From Adineta steineri (Eukaryota): a stretch of 19,942 bases of DNA. The stretch covers positions 137,856-157,797 of the forward strand of contig CAJNOI010000070.1 in assembly GCA_905250115.1 (NCBI GenBank). Reading direction: 5' to 3'. Of the stretch, positions 11,736-19,942 are shown piece by piece (positions within the stretch are counted from its first letter, which is position 1; each line of letters opens with the position of its first letter). Both the position numbers and the translations under genes were made by a program. The notes under the pieces are model-generated. The model was not told the DNA's origin, did not search any database, and was given only the letters and a program-made list of their open reading frames with translations.

Positions 11736-11940
11736 TATCGTCCACGAGCTACACGATGGCTAGCAAGTGATAAAAATTACTTTATCTTAAACAATTAAAA
11801 TATCGAAAATAAAATAAATTTAAATTCTATTAATTATTATTCAAGAGTTATTTTCAATATTTAAATAATTTGTATATTGAAATTTTTATTTTATGAATTA
11901 TATATTTCTCGAAATTTAATAAAATTGATTTAATTTCAAT

Positions 11941-11997
11941 CTTGAGGGTGGGTGTGGATGTGAGTAGGGAAGAAGGAGCACTATATTCTACACCTTT
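11941..11997. repeat. Telomere-like module 3 (right arm decayed)
   Basis: CTTGAGGGTGGGTGTGGATGTGAGTAGGG...TATTCTACACCTTTAAA; left arm clear, right arm weak. Confidence 0.5.
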
Positions 11998-12270
11998 AAA
12001 ACGGATGTAAATCTCATTGTCTTCGCTATGTATCTGATAAGAAAGAATGAGAAAGTATAAATAATTACAATGAAATATCAGTAATATGTACACAAAATTG
12101 CTAAATTGATTCTTTTTTTTTGTTTACTATATAGGGTAAATAGGTAAAAATAGTGATTTTTACTCGTGTGATTATCCATTGATATGTATATTCATACTCC
12201 CAATTCATTGATTTAGGTTTCAAATTGAAATAACAAGTCTTTACTTTGTCCTTTGTATTTGTGGATGTGT

Positions 12271-12325
12271 GAGGGTGTGGGTGTGGGTGGGTATAGAATC
12301 TAACTCTTACCCACACCCACACCTA
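12271..12325. repeat. Telomere-like inverted module 4
   Basis: GAGGGTGTGGGTGTGGGTGGGTATAGAATCTAACTCTTACCCACACCCACACCTAA; shares its core with module 2. Confidence 0.75.
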
Positions 12326-12840
12326 AATTGATTTTTGAAAGTCTTAAACTTTATATCAATTATTTGTATTTAATTCGAATATATTTTAAATATTAACAAA
12401 TAATAAATAAAAAAAAATAGAATAAAATATTATATTCAAGCTATGTATTACTCATTAGACTAGGTAAATAGACACATAATCTATAAATTTTTTTGCTTGA
12501 GTTAAAAAATATATTCATTGTTTTACATAAGTTTTAGTTATTTGATTTATTTTTCCTAATCATTATACATTTCATTAATTTTATCTATCAATAAATTAAT
12601 CATTTTATATATATGCAATAACGAATAAAATAGCAGAATAATTAATCGAGACGATAATCAAGTTAACGAACCATGTTGAGGATGAGTATGAGCGTAGACA
12701 GGGAGTAAATTCAATATACCTGCAGATTATTCATAAAACAAAGAAATATTTGATATGTTCTATGTATTAATGATTCCAACTTTAGTTTAAGTCAAAATTA
12801 GTTTATTTACACTAAGAATAAAAAAAAAGCATCAGATAAA

Positions 12841-13902
12841 TTAATTAGGTAATCGTATTTGATATCTTTCATTCTTTCGAATACGATTATTCATACAACT
12901 CAATATTTTTCGTAAAATTTGTTCTGGAATCATCAGCGGTTGTTTCTCTTTTGGAATTCTATATGTTTGTAATTGTGTATCTGAAGGATACAAAGGACTA
13001 TTAAAAATTGGTCCATTCGTAGGAGAGAAATCAATGAAAAACAATGGTATAATCTGTGATACATGGGGTAAAACTAAAATACTTCCACCTAAATATTGAA
13101 CTTTTCCCACTTGATCATCGTTTGGTATTGCAGCACAAGCTAAAAGTGTACTGCAAGATTGAGCATATGATACAGAATAAGCTGCACGTCGACTACAATA
13201 AATTCCTTGGCCATATGCTTGACCATGTACTGATTGAATAATTGGCGCATTTTCATCTGTTGGGTGTGCTTGATTTGGTATTAAAAGACCAAAACGAAGT
13301 ATACTTTTTATGTTTTTAAAATGTGTTCCATGATAAACTAATTCTGCTGAAGGATTACTATTTTGATTTAATCTTTTCATAAATTCACTTTGAACAGATT
13401 CGTTAATTGGTGCTTCTCTAATATTAACGATTTTTGTATCGAAACATTTATTGAGAGATGATTTGATGTTTTTATGATTTTTTCGATAGAATTGAGCACG
13501 AAAATTGGAAAATTCTGTTCCTTTCTGCTTGACTAATTTTTTCGATGATTTTGATAGTTTTTTGGTTTCAGTATTTGTGGTTTCTACTAGAAATTTTTCA
13601 TCACATTCGAATTCCCTTGATGATGATGATGAAAAACGTCGATAACCAAATGATTTTTGTTCAATTTTAGGTTTTTGTTCATATCGTTTACAAGAAATTT
13701 TTAATAGTACAGCATGTGATTGCAGTTTTCTTGTTGATATAGGACATAACCATTCGTTTTGTTTTTGTTTTTGTTTCCAATATTTGTCCCATTTAATAGA
13801 TTGACGCATTTCAATTAAATCAACTTGATAATCAATATCACTATAGTTTTGACTTGAAGTATAACTAAATAAATCATCGTCATCATGACTATCTGACAAC
13901 AT
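12841..13902 (-). CDS. PARP-like ADP-ribosyltransferase domain protein, 353 aa
   Basis: The C-terminal half has PARP catalytic signatures: ELVYHGTHFKNIKSILRFGLLIP (H of the HYx triad) and GQAYGQGIYCSRRAAYSVSYA (Y of the triad). The N-terminal half is polar, basic and Ser-rich with no recognised domain. Confidence 0.75.
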   Translation of the reverse strand: MLSDSHDDDDLFSYTSSQNYSDIDYQVDLIEMRQSIKWDKYWKQKQKQNEWLCPISTRKLQSHAVLLKISCKRYEQKPKIEQKSFGYRRFSSSSSREFECDEKFLVETTNTETKKLSKSSKKLVKQKGTEFSNFRAQFYRKNHKNIKSSLNKCFDTKIVNIREAPINESVQSEFMKRLNQNSNPSAELVYHGTHFKNIKSILRFGLLIPNQAHPTDENAPIIQSVHGQAYGQGIYCSRRAAYSVSYAQSCSTLLACAAIPNDDQVGKVQYLGGSILVLPHVSQIIPLFFIDFSPTNGPIFNSPLYPSDTQLQTYRIPKEKQPLMIPEQILRKILSCMNNRIRKNERYQIRLPN

Positions 13903-14854
13903 ATTTAATTGCTTGAGTAGAAAATCAATAGGCAGACTCTCCTAATGAAGGAGATTACTGATGAAGCCATACAAAAAAACTAACTATATATATGGGTTCG
14001 AACATATTGATGCAAGAACGGACAAAATTGTGAAATATGAGTCATTTTATCGTGATAATGTGAATGTGAGAGGCAGTGTTATTGCCCAACAACAATTTCT
14101 ACTAGCTTGGTAATATTTATTAAATCATAATGTGACGTCAGTATGACAATATAAGCAATGATTCATTTTCCTCTTTTCTTTATCTGCGCATTACTCACAT
14201 GTTTTCTTGTTCTCTTTCTTCTTTTATGCTTACACTTTGAAATAACACAACTGTATCTTCTTGCACACGCACATGTCAATATATTTTTTCATACTTCTTT
14301 TCTTTCACAAGCTGTATTCAGAGCATACATTTTATTATTTCTCCTGTTGCTTAACAACTATATTCAAAGATATCTTTGCTTTGTATGATAGATCAGCGAT
14401 TTCTAATAAATTTTGAATTAGAAAAAAACAGTTTTTACCAATTAATCGTTTCCATATCAGAGTAGTAAAATTATACTGTATATAGATCTTACATACATAC
14501 ATGCACGCATTAACTTCTGTGATACGATATCTAAAATAATCAGTTTCGTATACGAAATTCTATTAACCCTCGGTATCTTTGCGTCATTCATTATACTACA
14601 ATAAATATTTTTTAATCATCCTAAGATTGGAATATATAATCTTTGGAGTTTTATTGTATGATATCAAATGCAATCGTTTACAAACCTTATTTTGTTTTAT
14701 AGTTGACTCTCTCATAACAATCAGATATTTTGAATTTAATCTCTTAGTATAAAAAATCTCATAGTTAATTATTAGATTTCGATTGAAGGATTAGTAGTCA
14801 CAATATGAAGATTTATACAAAGACAAAAAGTTTTATATTCTATATCATTTTGAA

Positions 14855-15253
14855 TCAGTTTCCAAAAAGAAGACTAGATACTACTGTTGTGTGGTCATAC
14901 AGATGCTTCTTATCTAAAGAAGGATATCGAAAGCATTGTGTAACATCAAAAAACACGGTTTCTTGTTGTCCATCTGCTATCTCAATGGACACTCGATCGT
15001 AATATTTTCCATCTTCAGTCACCATTGCTTCTGATTTTAAAATATATCCTGGATATTTACTATGTAACCATTTCTGCTGCGTTTGTTTTGCAACGGATGG
15101 GTGTGGGTGATTTAAGTGAGATACAAGCTCACTCACACCCACACCCACCCGTCGGACTCCGTAATCCTTATTATCGAAGATGATATTAGATGACTTGCTT
15201 AATTTTCCGTGATATTCTAGAGTCTCAAGCTTCTTATTTTTAAACTTCAACAT
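14855..15253 (-). CDS. Small protein of unknown function, possibly disrupted by a telomere-like module
   Basis: ORF of 132 aa. The C-terminal part (QKWLHSKYPGYILKSEAMVTEDGKYYDRVSIEIADGQQETVFFDVTQCF) has a convincingly coding composition. Part of the N-terminal half (GVRRVGVGVSELVSHLNHPHPS) is translated repeat. Confidence 0.4.
   Translation of the reverse strand: MLKFKNKKLETLEYHGKLSKSSNIIFDNKDYGVRRVGVGVSELVSHLNHPHPSVAKQTQQKWLHSKYPGYILKSEAMVTEDGKYYDRVSIEIADGQQETVFFDVTQCFRYPSLDKKHLYDHTTVVSSLLFGN
15095..15153. repeat. Telomere-like inverted module 5, inside ORF 14855..15253
   Basis: GGATGGGTGTGGGTGATTTAAGTGAG...CTCACTCACACCCACACCCACCCGTC; arms are imperfect reverse complements. Confidence 0.7.
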
Positions 15254-15466
15254 TTCCTCATCTCATAAATCTCTGTTTTCATGGCCACCCCTTCTGAGCA
15301 GCAACTTGTACATGCTTTATTCTTACATAATGTTATGTTTATCTTTATTTCATATTTTACTTTTCAATAAATATTATATCAAATATATCTGTTGTCCAGC
15401 AATTATCCCTTCGGGACCATCAAGGTCAGAGGGTAAACGCCATACATAAAGCAAATATGTTTGCTA

Positions 15467-15718
15467 TCAACCGCATTGACAGACATGAGCAGTACGACGA
15501 GCACGAATAGCAATATAAGCACATGTTGCACCAGGATGACGATGCCAACGCTTCTGATCAGTTATTTCATCAGATTCGCCACTCATCCAATGCTCCATAG
15601 CACCCTTTAAATCACCATCATAAGTCCAATCAGTGCATTTTCCACAACGAGGACAAAGATTGCCACCACAGGGGTGTTGTTTTGTCGTACCGGTTGTTTT
15701 TCTAATGCATGATCCCAT
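15467..15718 (-). CDS. Small Cys-rich protein, possibly metal-binding, 83 aa
   Basis: MGSCIRKTTGTTKQHPCGGNLCPRCGKCTDWTYDGDLKGAMEHW...HPGATCAYIAIRARRTAHVCQCG; CxxCxxC cluster, coding-like composition, complete from ATG to TGA. The MGSC start could be an N-myristoylation-type signal. Confidence 0.5.
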   Translation of the reverse strand: MGSCIRKTTGTTKQHPCGGNLCPRCGKCTDWTYDGDLKGAMEHWMSGESDEITDQKRWHRHPGATCAYIAIRARRTAHVCQCG

Positions 15719-17251
15719 TTCTAGATAGAAGTATTCAATTTTTAGAGTTCGTTCTAGTGAAATTACTGATGTATCTGTTATGGAAGATATGTTTGTGACA
15801 AGAAATTAAATATCATCGTATTATCATATTAAAAAAGTCTCTTGGAAAATATTTTGTCATCGTTATGTTCTACTCGTTCACCTGATGGATCTCGGTAAGT
15901 TGGGAAAAGGACAGCATAGTAGTATATTCCTGCTGATCACTTATTGTCTGCAGAATCTTAACTATACTATCAAAATAAAACCTGCTCTTGAATCTTTATT
16001 ATAATCCAAAAAGTCTGATTAACGTTGTTAAGTAGCTATATTTTCATACTTATCTGAAAGGACTCTAAAGAAAAGACGTGGGAGACAGATGATCTAATTA
16101 TATTGAATAATCTTGGTGAAGCATAAGAGTGAGTCACTATTGAAAATATTCCTTTTTTGCAGATAAATACTTATAAGACATTGTACGCTACCGTTAAGAT
16201 AATAGCTAAATATGTAAATCCTTCATATAATCACCGTTAATTATCACATTGATTGCACTTTTCAATTCTTTGGGTAATAACTCGTCAAAAGTTTCCTGAG
16301 TATTTAGAAGTTGCAAATAAGGAGCGAGAGAAGATAATGATTGAAAACGTTTTCGTGAAAGCATAAAGAAGATGATCGACAAATTCTAATATTAAGTTGT
16401 CTATAAAAATCATATGGATGCCGGTTCTACCTGAAAATATGAAGTATCTCGAGAAAATTCATGCAGTTAGAAGACACCCATTACGGTTTAGCTGAATTTC
16501 AATCCGAGTCTGAAGCCACGTGATGGAATGCTCGAAACAGTCATATTTAAATACCTTATGCGTGTACTTCGTAGTCGTAAGCAGAACGTCCTGCTCACAA
16601 CTACTAAGTTCTGCTCGAAAAATCATCGAAATTCTGATCTCTCCCAACAAGCATCATTAGAAGATCAGAAGATAAGCAAAACGTTCCACATAAAAAGAAT
16701 GTTCAAGTAGAACAAAATGAATATTTTCTCGCTCATATATTCAGACGAATTTAAAAATTAATTTTTAATAAAACTTTAAAAGTTATTTGGTTGCAGTTTG
16801 ATGCAACTTAATTCGAAAGAAAAAAAGAGTTTCAAAATGGTTTTAACTCTCGAAATTACTTTTAGATTTCGTATGGTACCTACTTTTTCAGTATAATCTA
16901 CAGTTTTATTTTGTAAGAGTGTCGATGTGCGAATGCCTTCGAATAACTTGCAAATATTTCTTCTACAGAATGTCGATTATTATTGTAGAGAGAAAAATGA
17001 AAAATACTTTTTTCTTAAATGTATTTTTCGTTATGTACATAATTAAAAAATAGAACGAAACAGTGCGCATTGAAATGGTTTTTTTCAGTCAGCGTATGTC
17101 GATATTTTTATACATTGATTCTATGATTACAGAAGAGAACAGAAAAAAACCTTAAATCTCCATTAAAAGACACTATTGTTTTGCTTATTTAACTACAGTA
17201 AGAAGGTCGTTGAAAGTGAGCCAAACATGCTATCCAAATAAATGTGGTTCA

Positions 17252-17340
17252 CGGTGGGTGTGGATGTGAGTGTTGGATGACTGAGGGTGTGAGCGTATGT
17301 GTCTCTTCGCTCAAACCATGCCCACACCCACACCCTTAAG
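17252..17340. repeat. Telomere-like inverted module 6 (possibly compound)
   Basis: GGTGGGTGTGGATGTGAGTGTTGG...GAGGGTGTGAGCG...CATGCCCACACCCACACCCTTAAG. Confidence 0.7.
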
Positions 17341-18440
17341 AGTTTTCTGAATAATTGAACAGTTAAATATTCGAATTGAAGTTTTTAGTATTACATGTAT
17401 GTCGCGCTTCTATCAGGTAGACATTTTTCACATTAGAAAAATACTTTATTCACTTAAAAACTTTTACAAACAATAATCACTAGTTATACACTGATTATTT
17501 CATTGTACTATTAATAAAATTAAAAGAAAACGAATAAGTACAAGCTTATAATTAAGAATGAAAATGAAAATAGAGCATAGAGTTACATAAACCTAAGAGA
17601 AAAAACAGCACTATAATCAATTGTAGCGTTGTACTTTTTCAAGTTGAGTTTATAATCTGTAACTCAAGAATGAAATATCAAACAATCTAGAGTTCTCAGG
17701 CTAACCAGTAGTATATGTGAGCTTGTACTGAAAAAAATTTCAAATATGTACGATGTGTTTGAGTTCGTCATAAGATTTTTAATTGTTAGGCAATTTCACT
17801 GAGAAAAGCAGGAAAATGCTCTCTGGTCAAATCCTTTTAGGCTTTTTACGATCCTCATGTCCTGTATCCAACGATAGACGAATGAAGGCAATCGAAGTTG
17901 CACACATTTAAGAGTTCTCTTGTGAGCTAACTTACTTGTACACAATGGAAACAACGCAACAGGCGGTATATTGTGAAGAAATGAATTTATTAACATTCAG
18001 AAAGAGGCAGCTCACTAGATTTTTCAGTAAAAAAAAAGAGAAAATAAAAATCAGAGCGCAGGCTGCCAGGAAATAACAGGAAAAGAACAGAAAAAATTTA
18101 TGATTCTCATCGTTTATATAGAGATTTTCTAAGATGAATGGCATATACTAAAGATGCAAGGCAATAAAAAATATTTTTTTGTTCTTTCTATCGGCCCAGA
18201 AACACTCAGCATTTTTTTTCCATTACTTCATTCTGTAAAAAAAGGTGACGACATATTCAAAAAAAACGAGAAATATTAAATGCAGCCATTTTTGTGCTCA
18301 TTTACTATCGAGACAATTTGTTTTCCTTTAATTTCACTCGACTAGAATGTTTCTTTTCTTGTGACTCAATAATGATTATAGTAATTTCATATAATCTTTT
18401 TCTTTTAGACGTAATACAGCTAACCTTTTTATTAGTAGCA

Positions 18441-18456
18441 TGTGTGTGTGTGTGGG
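18441..18456. repeat. (TG)n microsatellite
   Basis: TGTGTGTGTGTGTGGG run. Confidence 0.8.
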
Positions 18457-19708
18457 TCAGGGTTCTGAATGGTAACTGTACACAGCAGAAGACAAACAGG
18501 TGAAACACTTGCGGCTTTTGAAATACACACTGTTTTACACGTTGCTAGCGAAAACAAAATGTACACAATACATTCTGCGAATAAAATTAACACTTTGTTT
18601 TTTTTAAGCCATAAATTGATTTCTTTTCTGTTTAAATTTAAATGGATTAATTTTGATGAGAGTTGTTCAAGATGGCTGTGCAATTATTGTAGAATTAAAC
18701 TTAGTATAAAAGTTGATTCAATATGGTTTTATGATGATCATATAGACATGCACCATCAAGAAGAAGAAAACGAAATTGATAGTGAAAAAAAAATTTTGAT
18801 TGATTTGTTACTAATGTTAATATGTTATTTTTTTCTCGAAATATTTTTTTTAAGTTATTCCCATTCATGTTAGATTACATAATGGTGTGCGTATTAATTG
18901 TGCATTTACTATTATTCAGTATGCATTTGTTTTACATTCTTCATTAGCAAAAAATATGAACACTTTCTATATTTCAAAATTATAATTAAATTCAATGTAT
19001 ACACTTTGATACACTCTGCTTTCAAAAACATAGTGTACTGGGACATTTTATTAGGTTAAACAAAGTGTATAGAAACATTTTTCTTTTAAGTTCTATTCGA
19101 CATCCTGTTCACGACTGCTATTTTTGTTTCATTTGTTACTAAATAAACACTCAAATGATTTTCTGTTAATGTAAAAAAAAATGAATATAAATACTCTCTG
19201 TTTAGTTTTAATGATCCTTTAGAATAAAATTAAAATAATAGTTAATCCTACCTGACGGATATGATTATGATACTATCATTTTCTTTCAAAAACAACGAGA
19301 TAGATTACAATAGAAATTTTATATCTCTTATAAATAATAACAATAATTTTGATCATATCATGTATGAACTAATATTAAGAATTTTTTCAAGATCAATAGA
19401 ATAAAAAGAAATGGTAAACTATTTGAGAATAGCATCAAGAAGAATTTCCTTAGGTGTAATAGATAAACTTTAGGGATGAAAATCCAGTCTTACTGTCTTA
19501 TAAAAATAACAACACTTTAAAAGAAAATAAATTATTCACTACTAATTTTCTCTTACAAATATCATTTAAGTCCAATAGTATAGCATACGAATTTCAAATG
19601 GAATTAAATCTATGTATTTTTCCCCATTTTATTTATTCTTTATAAGATTCGATTTGACACATCTTATATACAGTAAATATTTGAGCAATAATAATTATTA
19701 TTAAACCA

Positions 19709-19942
19709 TTATGCTTGAATATATTTGAAATCGTGAATAACTATTTCCACCTCTTGACTATCAGTAGGTGGTTTGCCCTGAAAAGCCCATAAATTCATAT
19801 GAAGAGGAGCACTAATATGAGGCATAGCTGATGTGAATGCCATTGGTGTTGTGTACGAATAGAATATATTTTCATGTAATGAATTCAAAAAATCCATGTT
19901 GACTTTGATAAACAATATTATAAGAATTCCAAATAAACTGAT
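19709..19942 (-). CDS. 3' end of a gene cut by the right edge; C-terminus resembles GH16-like/concanavalin-fold proteins
   Basis: The frame ends ...TSAMPHISAPLHMNLWAFQGKPPTDSQEVEIVIHDFKYIQA*. The pattern PLHMNLW.F.G.PPTD..EVEIVI..F resembles the terminal strands of GH16-like proteins. An intron acceptor (CACATCAG|CTATGCC) may lie inside the frame, so the true exon may be shorter. Confidence 0.4.
   Translation of the reverse strand: MSLFGILIILFIKVNMDFLNSLHENIFYSYTTPMAFTSAMPHISAPLHMNLWAFQGKPPTDSQEVEIVIHDFKYIQA

Noticed and set aside
12101-12322. Minus-strand ORF MWVWVRVRFYTHPHPHPHTSTNT...
   Set aside because: Its beginning is simply translation of telomere-like module 4; the remainder is low-complexity AT-rich sequence.
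13056-13241. Plus-strand ORF of 61 aa
   Set aside because: Antisense to the PARP-like coding region.
14805-15002. Plus-strand ORF of 65 aa
   Set aside because: Antisense to the more plausible minus-strand ORF 14855-15253.
16459-16710. Two overlapping opposite-strand ORFs sharing Q(N/D)VLLTTTK
   Set aside because: The shared peptide is explained by the 44-nt palindrome, so it does not support two real genes.
18305-18508. Minus-strand ORF containing THTHTHATN
   Set aside because: Caused by the (TG)n microsatellite at 18441-18456; no other coding signal.
18469-18873. 134-aa plus-strand ORF
   Set aside because: Longest unexplained ORF in the right part, but composition is poor, it contains no recognisable motif, and the end is F/L/I-rich noise from AT-rich DNA. 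Expression data would be needed.
1-19942. CRISPR array, prokaryotic operon, rRNA genes or long LTR/transposase ORFs
   Set aside because: No regularly spaced identical repeats, no prokaryotic-style gene packing, no recognised rRNA sequence, and no reverse transcriptase, integrase or transposase motifs in the ORFs supplied.

Overview
This AT-rich eukaryotic window looks like bdelloid rotifer DNA. That assignment is inference, based on compact introns of about 46-64 nt, a divergent rhodopsin-like GPCR, and TGTGGG-type telomere-like motifs; no database search was possible. Supported coding content: (i) the 3' end of a single-pass membrane protein cut by the left edge; (ii) a single-exon GPCR on the minus strand; (iii) a seven-exon type II membrane protein at 10025-11735 whose exons join in frame to 336 aa; (iv) a single-exon PARP-like ADP-ribosyltransferase on the minus strand; (v) two small minus-strand ORFs around 14.9-15.7 kb, one Cys-rich; (vi) the 3' end of a minus-strand gene at the right edge, with a C-terminus that resembles glycoside hydrolase family 16-like proteins. 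A small two-exon gene for a secreted Cys-rich peptide (6559-6795) is proposed from signal-peptide and intron structure; the ORF track misses it. The most unusual non-coding signal is a dispersed set of at least six short modules (about 55-90 bp) built from TGTGGG-like repeats, mostly facing each other as imperfect inverted pairs. Several carry a shared CTTRAGGG end motif. Two copies share a non-telomeric core, another pair shares a 19-nt variant, and one copy lies inside an ORF. Other items: a 420-nt intron with an apparent insertion, a degenerate tRNA-Glu-like sequence, a TTAA/CCCTTT-bounded module, and small palindromes.
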